Below are positions 55,049 through 64,000 of a stretch of DNA of 64,000 nt, one piece after another. The notes under the pieces are model-generated. The model was not told the origin of the DNA, did no database searches, and saw only the letters and a list, made by a program, of their open reading frames with translations. The stretch covers positions 2,667 to 66,666 of the forward strand of contig CALJLK010000407.1 in NCBI GenBank assembly GCA_937982655.1, written 5' to 3'. The stretch comes from an uncultured Sandaracinus sp. GTDB taxonomy: Bacteria; Myxococcota_A; Polyangia; Polyangiales; Houyiibacteriaceae. The number at the start of each line of letters is the position of its first letter. Within the stretch, counting starts at the first letter, position 1. The position numbers and the translations under genes are program-made.

Positions 55049-55135
55049 GCATCGGATTTTCCGATGCTCCTTGCTCGAACCCATCGGTGATCCCGATGAC
55101 GTGCCGAGCCGACACCCCGATGACGTGCCGAGCCG
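55049..55135. promoter_or_regulatory. repeat/palindrome array upstream of the regB-like gene
   Basis: Hairpin GCATCGGA-ttt-TCCGATGC (55049-55067). Inverted pair CATCGG-tgatc-CCGATG (55082-55098). A perfect 20-bp direct repeat CCCGATGACGTGCCGAGCCG at 55092-55111 and 55116-55135 (24-bp period). The hexamer CCGATG/CATCGG occurs five times in about 75 bp. Confidence 0.5.
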
Positions 55136-55183
55136 GCGTGGGCAGCTTCTGGTACCGAGGCGCGCGCGTAGTAACGTCCGACC

Positions 55184-56422
55184 GTGATCGCCGGACCGAT
55201 CCTCGACGCACGTCCCAGCTCCGCGTGGCTGCTCCGGCTGCGTTGGGTCGCGATCGCCGCCGAAGGCCTCGTGCTGATCTTCGCGCCCTTCACCGGCGTC
55301 TCGCTCGATCGCCGCCCGCTCTTCGCGCTCGTCGCGCTGCACGCGCTGACCAACGCGCTCCTGCAGCGCCGCCGAACGTCGCTCGGCGAAGCTGGCTTCG
55401 GTGAAGCCACCCTCGGCGCGGTCCTGGTCTTCGACGTCTGGCTCCTCACCGCGCTGCTCGGTCTCAGCGGCGGACCCGCCAACCCCTTCAGCGTCCTCTA
55501 CTTCACGCAGGTGCTCGTCGCCGCGCTGCTCCTCGGCCCCGGTTGGACCTTCGCGGTCTGGCTCCACACGGTGTCTGGCTACGCGCTCATCTTCTTCGAT
55601 CACCGCGCGCTCCCCGGCCTCGGCCACGTGCACGGCGATCTCGGCGCGCACCTCTGGGGCATGCTCGCCGCGTACGTGCTCGTGAGCGCCATCCTCGCGT
55701 TCTTCGTGCGTCGCCTCGCGCACGTGCTCGACGAGCAGCGTGAGGCGCTGGTGTCGATCCGCGATCGAGCCGCCCGCGCCGAACGCGTCGCGAGCCTCAC
55801 CACGCTGGCCGCCGGCGCCGCGCACGAGCTCGGCACCCCGCTCGGCACCATCGCGATCGTGGCGGGCGAGCTCGAACGTCAGCTCGAGGGATCGCTCGCG
55901 GAGGACGCGCGCCTCATCCGCAGCGAGGTCGCCCGATGCCGCGCGGTGCTCGACTCGCTCGCCGCGCGCTCGGGCGACGTGCTCGGCGCGAGCCCCGAGC
56001 GGCTCGATCTCGTCGCGCTCGCGAACGCGCTGCGCGAGAAGCTCCCGAGCGCGCGCGCGAAGCGTCTGGTCGTGACCGGCGAAGGCAGCGCGCTCGCCCC
56101 CCGCGCGCCGCTGCTGCAAGCGCTCGAGGTCCTCGTGCAGAACGCCTTCGACGCGAGCGGGCCGGACGCCGACGTCGAGCTGCTCCTCTCCGACGATCGT
56201 GTCGAAGTGCGCGACCACGGCGCGGGTATGGACGCCGCGACGCTCGAGCGCGCGTGCGAGCCCTTCTTCACCACGAAGCCCGAAGGGGTCGGCATGGGCC
56301 TCGGCCTCTTCCTCGCGCGCAGCACCGCCGAAGCGCTCGGCGGCACGCTGATGCTGACGAGCAAGGTCGGCGAAGGCACACGAGCGGTCCTCTCACTTCA
56401 CGACGCCGGCGCGCCGACGTGA
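55184..56422 (+). CDS. regB: RegB/PrrB-type redox-sensing histidine kinase
   Basis: Track ORF of 412 aa with a GTG start and a multi-TM N-terminus. LSGGPANPF matches the RegB quinone-site heptapeptide GGxxNPF. H-box AAGAAHELGTPLGTI. Cys in EVARCRAVLDSL at the position of the RegB redox box. G-box GMGLGLFL. Confidence 0.85.
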   Translation: MIAGPILDARPSSAWLLRLRWVAIAAEGLVLIFAPFTGVSLDRRPLFALVALHALTNALLQRRRTSLGEAGFGEATLGAVLVFDVWLLTALLGLSGGPANPFSVLYFTQVLVAALLLGPGWTFAVWLHTVSGYALIFFDHRALPGLGHVHGDLGAHLWGMLAAYVLVSAILAFFVRRLAHVLDEQREALVSIRDRAARAERVASLTTLAAGAAHELGTPLGTIAIVAGELERQLEGSLAEDARLIRSEVARCRAVLDSLAARSGDVLGASPERLDLVALANALREKLPSARAKRLVVTGEGSALAPRAPLLQALEVLVQNAFDASGPDADVELLLSDDRVEVRDHGAGMDAATLERACEPFFTTKPEGVGMGLGLFLARSTAEALGGTLMLTSKVGEGTRAVLSLHDAGAPT

Positions 56423-56618
56423 CCCCGCACGACGCGCGATGGCATGCCGACTCGAACGCGCGCGAGGTCGAGCGGTCGTTCACGATCCAGTGCGTTGCGG
56501 TCCTCGACCCTTCGCTCTCGTAGGCCGCCACGCAGCTGGATGGCACGCAGGAGGCGACGAAACGGAGCCCACGCTCCCTCGAAGAAGGAATCTGCGGGCA
56601 TTCGCGTATCTTCGCGAC

Positions 56619-59165
56619 GTGGCGATTCCGCATTTCTTGCTCGACCCGCCGTGGCGCCGCGCGACCAGCGCGATCACGTCGTGCTCCTCCGACATCGGCC
56701 ATCCCGAGCTACCTCCCCCTCGCCTCGCGTGGGAGCCCGGCGAGCGCGAACGCTTGGCGGGCCCCGACGGCACGCTGAAGGGCGCGGCCGACGAGAAGGC
56801 GCTCGACCGATTGCTCGATCGCCTCGACGACGGACGTCCGCTCCCGCTCGCGAAGGTCGAGCTCCTCTCCGACGCTTCGCTCGCCGTGTTGGCCGACGAA
56901 GCGCCGCTCGAGGCGATGGACGCGGGCATCGCGCGTCGAATGCTCGCCCGCCTCGGCGCGCCTTTCGTCGAACGGGCCCTCGCGTGGTTCCGCTCGCGTC
57001 CTCCGTCCGTGACGCTCTTCGCGTCGGTGGCTCCCATCGCCTGCCCCTCACTCGCGCCCGCCGCGGCCGAGGCGCTCCTCGCCCGGGACCTCGGCGACGT
57101 GCGCCTCGAGCTCGACCCGGTCTTCTCCGAGGCCGAAGCGTGGCTGAGGCGCTTCCCCCGCGAGGCGGCGCTCGGGCTGCTGCTCTTCCCGGACGCGCCC
57201 TCGACGCGCGCGGCGCTCACGTGGCTCGCCGCGCGTGGGCACGCCGACACCCTCCACGACGTGCTCGCGTCGCACGGGGCGGCTCGTTCGTCGCTCTCGG
57301 AGGCGACACACCGCGCGGCGTCGCTCGCGGAGGAGAGCTCGTCGCGCTTCGAATGGCTGGCGCTCTTCGCCGCGCGTGATCCCGCGCTCGCGCTCGATCG
57401 ACTCGATGCGCTCGTTCCCGAACCCACGTCGAGCGAGCTTCGAGCGTTGGTCCCGTGGGTCGCCTCCACGCTCGCGACCCTCGCGCGCTCGCGTGCGGTG
57501 GACTGGCTGCGCGCGCACGCCGAGCACTCGGTGCCCATCCTTCGCGCGCTCGCCGCGCCCGCTGCCGTCGAGGCCGATCGCGCAGCTCGGCACGACGCGG
57601 TCGCCGCCGACGCACGGCTCGCGCTCGCGGTGCTGGAGGGTGATCTCACGCGCGGCGCTCCCGACCTCGAGGCGGTGCCATCGCACATCCCGCCGCTACC
57701 GACGTTCTTCGACCCCTCCGTGCTCCCCGCGCCGCGGCTCCTCGACGGAACGCCCTTTCCCTCCGACGTCGTGCGCGCGCTCGGGGAGATGCTCCGCTTC
57801 TCACCGCTGGCGCGCCCCTATCCGGGCGTGGCCCTGGTGCGGCAAGCGTGCGATCCGGGCTCGCTGGACGACCTCGCGGTCGCGCTTCTCGCCGCGTGGG
57901 AGGCGGCCGACTTCCCGCCGCTCGAGCAGTGGGTGCTCGAGAGCGCAGCGAAGATCGGGGCCGATCGCGCCGCCGGCGAGGTCGCGCGTCTCGTGCGTTC
58001 GTGGAGCCGCGACTCGGTCGCGCAGCGGACCGAGTGGGACGAGCGCGCACGCGAGCGAGTGATGGTTCAGAAGGGAAACCGCGAGTGGTTCCTCGCGCGC
58101 TCCGGTTGCGCCGTGCTCGGCGCTCTCGCTCGCTCCGAAGGCCCTGGCTCGAAGCTCGCGCTCGCGACCCTCGACGACCTCGCGCGTCACGGCGCGGTGT
58201 CTTGGCTGCGCAAAGAAGCCGCGGCCGGCCTCGACGGACTCCGCTCGGAGCGCGCGACCGCGCGGGTCGTCGACGAAGCACCGATCCCGGACTTCGGCCT
58301 CGCGCCGGACGGAACGCTCACGCTCGACTTCGGTCAGCGCCGATTCCGTGTCGACTTCGACGAGACGCTCGTGCCCTTCGTGCGCGACGCCGACGGCGAG
58401 CGCCTGCGCGCGTTCCCGCGAGCGCGGCGCGAAGACGATCCCGCGGCCGTCGCCACCGCGAAACGCACGTTCGAGGCGCTCCGTCGCGACGTGAAGGTCG
58501 TCGCACGCCAACAGGTCGCCGCGCTCGAAGCGGCGATGTGCACGGGTCGTCGCTTCGCCCTCGGTCCGACCCGGGCACGCCTCTTCGATCATCCGTTGAT
58601 GCGGCACGTCGCGCGGCGCCTCCTCTGGGCGGCCGTCGAGGAGGGCGAGCAGCCGATTCCGTTTCGCATCGCCGAAGACGGCACCTTCGCCGACGTCGAC
58701 GACACGAGCCTCTCCATCGCCGCCGACGCCACCGTGCTCCTCGTCCATCCGATCGACCTCGACGCGTCGCTCACTTCGTGGCGTGAGCTCTTCGCCTCCT
58801 ACCGAATCCTGCAGCCCTTCCCGCAGCTCGGCCGCGAGACGGCGCGCGTGAGCGACGACGAGCTGGACGAGACGCGGTGGACTCGCTTCGAAGGCGCGCT
58901 TACGAGCCGAGGTCGGCTCTTCGGCCTGACGCGCAGTGGTTGGCAAGCTCACGCGGAGGCCGGGACGCTCGTTCGATGGTCGCGTGAGCTCCCGAGCGGC
59001 GCGCGCCTTCAGGTGCGCGTGAGCCCTGGGCTCGTGCTCGACGGTCCGGGGGCGGACGACGAGCACCAGTCGATCGTCGAGGCGACGAGCTCGCGACGTC
59101 TCGGGAACCTCTCGCCGCGCGAATACAGCGAAGTCACGCGAGAGCTCCAGAACCTCTGCCGCTGA
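56619..59165 (+). CDS. DUF4132 domain-containing protein
   Basis: Track ORF 56439..59165 trimmed to GTG 56619, where GC3 bias begins (56439-56618 has mixed third positions). In the C-terminal third, LTLDFGQRRFRVDFDETLVPFVRDADGERLRAFP...AKRTFEALRRDVKVVARQQVAALEAAM...FDHPLMRHVARRLLWA matches my recollection of DUF4132. Confidence 0.65.
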   Translation: MAIPHFLLDPPWRRATSAITSCSSDIGHPELPPPRLAWEPGERERLAGPDGTLKGAADEKALDRLLDRLDDGRPLPLAKVELLSDASLAVLADEAPLEAMDAGIARRMLARLGAPFVERALAWFRSRPPSVTLFASVAPIACPSLAPAAAEALLARDLGDVRLELDPVFSEAEAWLRRFPREAALGLLLFPDAPSTRAALTWLAARGHADTLHDVLASHGAARSSLSEATHRAASLAEESSSRFEWLALFAARDPALALDRLDALVPEPTSSELRALVPWVASTLATLARSRAVDWLRAHAEHSVPILRALAAPAAVEADRAARHDAVAADARLALAVLEGDLTRGAPDLEAVPSHIPPLPTFFDPSVLPAPRLLDGTPFPSDVVRALGEMLRFSPLARPYPGVALVRQACDPGSLDDLAVALLAAWEAADFPPLEQWVLESAAKIGADRAAGEVARLVRSWSRDSVAQRTEWDERARERVMVQKGNREWFLARSGCAVLGALARSEGPGSKLALATLDDLARHGAVSWLRKEAAAGLDGLRSERATARVVDEAPIPDFGLAPDGTLTLDFGQRRFRVDFDETLVPFVRDADGERLRAFPRARREDDPAAVATAKRTFEALRRDVKVVARQQVAALEAAMCTGRRFALGPTRARLFDHPLMRHVARRLLWAAVEEGEQPIPFRIAEDGTFADVDDTSLSIAADATVLLVHPIDLDASLTSWRELFASYRILQPFPQLGRETARVSDDELDETRWTRFEGALTSRGRLFGLTRSGWQAHAEAGTLVRWSRELPSGARLQVRVSPGLVLDGPGADDEHQSIVEATSSRRLGNLSPREYSEVTRELQNLCR

Positions 59166-59245
59166 GCGAGCCTCGCGCGCCGGGCCTCACGCTGCGACCT
59201 CGTGACGCATGGAGATTCCTCCGGGGGTGTCGCAGACTGCGCGTC

Positions 59246-59803
59246 ATGACCGACGCGCTCGACGGACCGAGCACGCTCCTCGTGGTCGACGACGACGAGG
59301 TCTTCCGGACGCGGCTCGCGCGCGCGCTCCAAACACGAGGCTTCGAGGTCTGGTCGGCGAGCGGTCCCACCGAAGCGCTCGTGATCGCGCGCGAGCACGC
59401 GCCCGAGCTCGCGCTCGTGGACCTGCGCATGCCGGACGGCAGCGGCCTCGACCTCGTGCGCGATCTGCTCGCGCTCGAGCCGTGCACCAACGTCGTCGTG
59501 CTCACCGGCTACGGCAGCATCGCGACCGCGCTCGAAGCGGTGCGTCGTGGCGCGACCCACTACCTCACCAAGCCCGCCGACGTGGACGAGATCCTCGCCG
59601 CCTTCGCGCGCAAGGACCTGCCCGCGGAGGCGGATCCGCCCGAGGTGCAGGTCGAAGCGCCTTCGCTCGCGCGCATGGAGTGGGAGCACATCCAGCGCGT
59701 GCTCACCGATTGCCACGGCAACATCAGCCACGCGGCGGAGCGGCTCGGCCTCCATCGGCGATCGCTGCAGCGCAAGCTCTCGAAATACCCGGTGCAGCGT
59801 TGA
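59246..59803 (+). CDS. regA: RegA/ActR/PrrA-type response regulator (REC + Fis-type HTH)
   Basis: Track ORF of 185 aa. Contains LLVVDDD, LALVDLRMPDGSG and LTGYGSIATA. The HTH NISHAAERLGLHRRSLQRKLSK closely parallels the invariant RegA HTH. Confidence 0.9.
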   Translation: MTDALDGPSTLLVVDDDEVFRTRLARALQTRGFEVWSASGPTEALVIAREHAPELALVDLRMPDGSGLDLVRDLLALEPCTNVVVLTGYGSIATALEAVRRGATHYLTKPADVDEILAAFARKDLPAEADPPEVQVEAPSLARMEWEHIQRVLTDCHGNISHAAERLGLHRRSLQRKLSKYPVQR

Positions 59804-59810
59804 GCGTGCC

Positions 59811-60191
59811 GTGAGCGTCTTCCTCGCCGTCTCGTCGGAGCTCTGGGTCGCGTCGAACACGCTGGCGTTCGCGATCCGCGACGCGAACCCGGTCACCGAC
59901 GGACACACCCTCGTGATCCCGAGGCGTCTCGTGGTCGACTTCTTCGGCACCACCGACGAGGAGCGCCTGGCGCTCTTCGCGCTGGTGGACGAAGTGAAAC
60001 GCGCGCTCGACGCGAGCCATCGACCCGACGGATACAACGTCGGTTTCAACGCCGGAGCCGCCGCGGGTCAAACCGTCTTTCACCTCCACCTGCACGTCAT
60101 CCCGCGCTACGCGGGGGACGTCGAGGATCCTCGGGGAGGCATTCGTCACGTGATCCCAGATCGCGGCGTTCCTCCGACGAGTCCCCGCTGA
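59811..60191 (+). CDS. HIT (histidine triad) family protein
   Basis: In-frame GTG 59811 within track ORF 59547..60191+. Contains AIRDANPVTDGHTLVIPRR and QTVFHLHLHVIPRY (HxHxHxx triad). Confidence 0.85.
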   Translation: MSVFLAVSSELWVASNTLAFAIRDANPVTDGHTLVIPRRLVVDFFGTTDEERLALFALVDEVKRALDASHRPDGYNVGFNAGAAAGQTVFHLHLHVIPRYAGDVEDPRGGIRHVIPDRGVPPTSPR

Positions 60192-60255
60192 AGGTCCCAC
60201 CGAAGGACGGACCGCCGACTGCGGACGACCCCGCCTCGACGGGGCGAACCTCCGA

Positions 60256-63093
60256 TCATGCGATCTCGCGGGCCCCCACGCGCGCCCTCGCGCGGCCGAT
60301 CCACTTCTTCAGCTCGATCACCGCGAGCACGATCATCCCCGCGCCCGTGAACCAGAGCCACCAGAACCACTCGATCGGAGCGGTGTGGAAGAGCCGATTC
60401 ATGAAGGGGACATAGGTGAACAGAAGCTGCGCGCCGAGCATCACGGTCGCGCCGATCCACACGTAGCGATTGGTGAAGAGACCGAGCTGCCAGATCGGAA
60501 GCCGCAAGCTCCGACACGCGAAGAGGTACGCGACCTCCACCACCACGATGGTGTTCACCGCGAGGGTGCGCGCCACCGCCAGGTCGTCGGGTCGACTTCG
60601 TTGCGCGTACTCGAACAGGCCGAACGCCGCCGCGGACATCAGCACGGACACGATGAGCGTGCGCAGGCCGAGCTTCGCCGAGAGCAGCGGCTCGTCGACG
60701 TCACGGGGCGGCCGGTCCATCAGCCCCGGCTCCTTCGGCTCGAAGACGAGCGAGAGCCCGAGCAGCACCGCGGTCGACATGTTCACCCACAAGATCTGCA
60801 CGGGCAGGATCGGCAGCACCGCGCCCGTGATCACCGCGAGCAGGAGCACGAGCCCTTCGCCGCCGTTGGTCGGCAGCGTCCAGGTCACGAACTTCACGAG
60901 GTTGTCGTACACGCCGCGACCTTCCTCGACCGCCGCGGCGATCGTCGCGAAGTCGTCGTCGGTCAGGATCATCGCGGAAGCCCCCCGCGCGACGTCGGTC
61001 CCGCCCTTGCCCATGGCGACGCCGATGTCCGCTTGTTCGAGCGCCGGCGCGTCGTTCACACCGTCGCCCGTCATCGCGACCACGTGGCCTCGATGCTGGA
61101 GCGCGCGTACGAGCAAGAGCTTCTGTTCGGGTGCGACCCGCGCGAAGACCGCGACCTCCTCCGCGACCGACGCCACCCGCTCGAGGCGCGCGGCGGAGAA
61201 CGGATCTTCCCCCTCCGACACCCGCCCCGCGAGCGTCGTCAGCTCGGCCCCCGTGACCGCGCGCAGGCGCCCCGCCTCGTCGCGCGCACCTTCGAGCCCG
61301 ATCTCGGCCGCGATCGCGGACGCGGTCACCGCGTGATCGCCCGTGATCATCTTCACCTTCACGCCCGCCCCGCGACACGCGGCGACCGCGCGCTTCGCCG
61401 CCGGACGCGGAGGATCGATCATGCCGACGAGCCCGAGGAAGACGAGCTCCGCGACCGCGTCACGCGTGAGGGCCCCTTCGGGTCGGTGCATCCGTCGATA
61501 CGCGAGCGCGAGCACACGCAAACCCTCGCTCCCGAGCTCGCGCACCTTCGCCTCGATCGCCTCGACGTCGAGCGTGCCCCCCTCCGCACGGACACAACGC
61601 GGAAGCAGCGCCTCGGCGGAGCCCTTCACGAAGAGCCACGCGTCGTCTCGTGCGTCGTCGGCGCTGCGGTCGGGAGAGCCGCGCTCGTCGATGCCGCGCT
61701 CCTCGGCGCCTCGCTCGTCGGGGCTCGCCCCGCCCTCGCGGACCAACGTCGCCATGTACATGTGCTCGGAGGCGAACGGGATCTCGTCGAGCCGCGTCCA
61801 CGCGCCGACCTCGACGCCGCCCTTCCCGGCCGCCACGAGCAACGCCGCTTCGGTCGGATCGCCCTCGACGCGCACCTCGCCCGCTTCGCGCACGATCCGC
61901 GTGTCGTTGCAGAGCAGCCCGCAGCGGAGCGCACGCTCGACCGCGAGCCCCGTGTCGAGCGCCTCGCCATCGGAGCTCACGACGCGACCCACCGGATCGT
62001 AGCCGACGCCTTCGAAGGCGAAGTCGCCCGATTGAGTCCAGAGCCGGGTCACGGTCATCTGGTTCTCGGTCAACGTGCCGGTCTTGTCGGAGCAGATCAC
62101 CGTGGTGCTGCCCAAGGTCTCGACCGCCGGCAGGCGCCGAACGAGCGCACGACGCTTGGCCATGTGCGACACGCCGACGGCCAGCAGCACCGTCACCGCC
62201 GCAGGGAGCCCCTCGGGGATCGCGCCCACCGCGAGGGCCACCGCGACGTTGAAGGTCTCCGTGAGGTCCGCGCCTCGCAGCGCCTCGATCGCGAAGAGCA
62301 CGCACGCGAAGCCGAGGATGATCCACACCAGCAGCTTCGAGAGCGCCGCGATGCGTCGCGTGAGCGGCGTCGCGATCTCGGTCGCGTTCGCGATGAGCCC
62401 CGCGATGCGGCCGGTCTCCGTGCGATCGCCGGTCGCGACGACGACCCCGAGCCCGGTGCCGAACGTCACCGCGGTGCCCGCGAAGGCCATGTTCGTGCGA
62501 TCGCCGATCGTCGTCTCGCGCGCGACGGGTTCGACCGTCTTGAGGATCGGCACCGACTCGCCGGTCAGCGCCGCCTCATCGGTCTGCAGCTCTCGTGAGC
62601 GCAGGAGCCGCAGATCGGCCGGAACCGAATCCCCCGCCTGCAACGCCACGACGTCGCCCACCACGAGCCCCCGACTCGGGATCCGACGGTTGCGTCCGTC
62701 GCGGAGCACGTCGGCCTCCGTGACCACCATCGCGTCGAGCGCCGCGATCGCCTGCTCCGCGCGGTGCTCCTGGAGGAAGCCGATCACCGCGTTGACGAGC
62801 ACGACCGCACCGATCACCAGCGCATCGACGACGTCACCGAGCGCGACCGAAACTCCAGCCGCCGCGATCAAGACGATCACGAGCGGCTGCGCGAACTGGT
62901 CGAGCACCCGACGCAGCGTCGACTTGCCGCGCCGCGCGCTCATCACGTTGGGACCGTCACGTTCGAGGCGTCGCGACGCTTCGTCGGACGAGAGCCCCGT
63001 CGCCGCATCGCTCTGGAGCTCCGCGAGGAGCTCGACGCGTGTCTTCGCGTGCCAGTGCACGTGCGCGAGATAGCAGACGACCGGACCGGTCAC
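60256..63093 (-). CDS. P2-type cation-transporting P-type ATPase (Ca2+/Mg2+-ATPase-like)
   Basis: Track ORF of 945 aa. N-terminal GLSSDEASRRLERDGPN, then AIPEGLPAAVT (PEGL), ICSDKTGTLTENQMTV, KMITGDH and TGDGVNDAPAL. Confidence 0.9.
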   Translation of the reverse strand: MTGPVVCYLAHVHWHAKTRVELLAELQSDAATGLSSDEASRRLERDGPNVMSARRGKSTLRRVLDQFAQPLVIVLIAAAGVSVALGDVVDALVIGAVVLVNAVIGFLQEHRAEQAIAALDAMVVTEADVLRDGRNRRIPSRGLVVGDVVALQAGDSVPADLRLLRSRELQTDEAALTGESVPILKTVEPVARETTIGDRTNMAFAGTAVTFGTGLGVVVATGDRTETGRIAGLIANATEIATPLTRRIAALSKLLVWIILGFACVLFAIEALRGADLTETFNVAVALAVGAIPEGLPAAVTVLLAVGVSHMAKRRALVRRLPAVETLGSTTVICSDKTGTLTENQMTVTRLWTQSGDFAFEGVGYDPVGRVVSSDGEALDTGLAVERALRCGLLCNDTRIVREAGEVRVEGDPTEAALLVAAGKGGVEVGAWTRLDEIPFASEHMYMATLVREGGASPDERGAEERGIDERGSPDRSADDARDDAWLFVKGSAEALLPRCVRAEGGTLDVEAIEAKVRELGSEGLRVLALAYRRMHRPEGALTRDAVAELVFLGLVGMIDPPRPAAKRAVAACRGAGVKVKMITGDHAVTASAIAAEIGLEGARDEAGRLRAVTGAELTTLAGRVSEGEDPFSAARLERVASVAEEVAVFARVAPEQKLLLVRALQHRGHVVAMTGDGVNDAPALEQADIGVAMGKGGTDVARGASAMILTDDDFATIAAAVEEGRGVYDNLVKFVTWTLPTNGGEGLVLLLAVITGAVLPILPVQILWVNMSTAVLLGLSLVFEPKEPGLMDRPPRDVDEPLLSAKLGLRTLIVSVLMSAAAFGLFEYAQRSRPDDLAVARTLAVNTIVVVEVAYLFACRSLRLPIWQLGLFTNRYVWIGATVMLGAQLLFTYVPFMNRLFHTAPIEWFWWLWFTGAGMIVLAVIELKKWIGRARARVGAREIA

Positions 63094-63117
63094 ACGGCGG
63101 CGTTCGCGGCCTTCCGT

Positions 63118-64000
63118 TCATCCGGTCTGCAACGGAGCCGACTCCGGGCGCGAGACGGCCGCGAGCTTCGCCCGCATCACCGCGCTCGTCTCGCCCGTGC
63201 CGTCCGCGCGCCACCCCGGGGGTCCGAAGACCACCCCGAGCGCTTCGCGCAGCGAACGCGCGCTCCGCAGGTCGCGGCCGATCGCCGCCCACTCGTGGAA
63301 CGCGATGGTGACCGGATGGAACGACTCGAGGTTCTTCGTGAGCCCGTAGGTCGGCGTCTGCCGCTCCGCCTCGAAGGTCCCGAAGAGTCGGTCCCACACG
63401 ATCAGGATTCCCCCGTGGTTGCGATCCAGATAGCGCGGGTCACTGCCGTGGTGGACGCGGTGGTGCGAAGGCGTGTTGAAGATCCACTCGAAGGGCCCGA
63501 GCTTCCCCAGCCACTCGACGTGGATCCAGTACTGATAGAGCAGCGAGATCGCCTGCTGCATGAGCACGAGCGCGGGATGGAAACCGAGCCAGAGCAGCGG
63601 CAGCCAGAAGATGCCGCCCACGATGGGCCCGGTCCACGACTGCCGGAGCGCGGTCGAGAGGTTGTAGTGCTGGCTGGAGTGGTGGTTGACGTGCGCGGCC
63701 CAGAAGAAACGCACCTCGTGGCTCGTGCGGTGGAAGACGTAGTAACAGAAGTCTTCCGCCACGAAGAGCAGCACGAAGACCCACCAGGCATCGACCGGGA
63801 GCTCGAAGAGGCGGTGCTCGTAGATCACCCACCAGAGCGGGATCCACGCGAGCTTCGTCACCGCGGAGATCACGACGTTGCCCACGCCCATCGTGAGGCT
63901 CGCGAAGGTGTCCTTCACCTCGTAGCCCACGAGCGGGCTGCCTTCGCGCTGCGCCTTCGTGACGAAGAACGCCTCCAGCAGCACGGTCACGAGAAACGCC
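63118..64000 (-). CDS. sterol desaturase / fatty-acid hydroxylase superfamily membrane protein (N-terminus probably beyond the right edge)
   Basis: Track ORF 63118..63990-. His boxes are HRTSH, HVNHH and HHRVHH. The frame stays open upstream of GTG 63990 to the window end (..AFL-VTVLLEAFF), so the true start is likely outside the window. Only 24 nt separate it from the downstream ATPase start. Confidence 0.8.
   Translation of the reverse strand, partial: AFLVTVLLEAFFVTKAQREGSPLVGYEVKDTFASLTMGVGNVVISAVTKLAWIPLWWVIYEHRLFELPVDAWWVFVLLFVAEDFCYYVFHRTSHEVRFFWAAHVNHHSSQHYNLSTALRQSWTGPIVGGIFWLPLLWLGFHPALVLMQQAISLLYQYWIHVEWLGKLGPFEWIFNTPSHHRVHHGSDPRYLDRNHGGILIVWDRLFGTFEAERQTPTYGLTKNLESFHPVTIAFHEWAAIGRDLRSARSLREALGVVFGPPGWRADGTGETSAVMRAKLAAVSRPESAPLQTG

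Noticed and set aside
56439-56618. The upstream ATG start for the DUF4132 gene (MACRLERARG...).
   Set aside because: The third codon positions in 56439-56618 are mixed A/T/G/C, unlike the strong GC3 after 56619. This is likely 5' UTR or intergenic sequence.
60385-62598. A 737-aa plus-strand ORF.
   Set aside because: It is antisense to the P2-type ATPase (PEGL, DKTGTLT, TGDGVNDAPAL), and it has His/Arg/Asp-rich shadow composition.

Overview
This is a 64 kb window of very high-GC DNA. The six-frame track is saturated with Arg/Ala-rich shadow ORFs. I chose real genes by third-position GC bias, amino-acid composition, recognisable motifs, signal peptides and start-codon context. I often trimmed the track ORFs to an internal start.

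The lineage looks like Myxococcota. The evidence is a MYXO-CTERM sorting tag, DAG-rich linkers, MopE-type DxDxDG/CDGxDNDC modules, and a Ser/Thr kinase fused to cyclase-like, AAA and TPR regions.

I support about 48 protein genes. I found no rRNA, tRNA, CRISPR array, transposase or integrase.

Gene content from left to right:
- Secreted hydrolases and lipoproteins with AraC regulators, and an NmrA-DsbA pair.
- A DUF1517-like membrane protein and a VWA lipoprotein.
- A ParE/RelE toxin-antitoxin pair.
- A patatin phospholipase translationally coupled to a 1,423-aa kinase-cyclase-AAA-TPR protein.
- GH31, SRPBCC and PP2C genes.
- A DUF692 (MNIO) + DUF2063 pair, flanked by a His-1 LPMO-like MYXO-CTERM protein, two tiny acidic ORFs, a GGCT-fold enzyme, and a DsbD_2-like protein coupled to a CPC-type copper P1B-ATPase.
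- A SNF2 helicase with a long N-terminal extension, coupled to a hypothetical gene.
- Ferredoxin, RluD-type synthase and ychF.
- A compositionally atypical 2OG-Fe(II) oxygenase.
- A TetR-controlled TolC-MFP-RND efflux operon with recognisable operator palindromes.
- A roughly 1,050-aa MopE-repeat/RCC1 lipoprotein and a GT4 glycosyltransferase.
- A RegB/RegA-type redox two-component pair split by a DUF4132 gene.
- HIT, a P2-type cation ATPase, and a partial sterol-desaturase-family gene.

The best candidate for an undescribed system is the MNIO/DUF2063 locus (about 23.9-28.0 kb, possibly extending to 31.3 kb). It lacks any canonical multi-Cys precursor and sits among copper-related genes.
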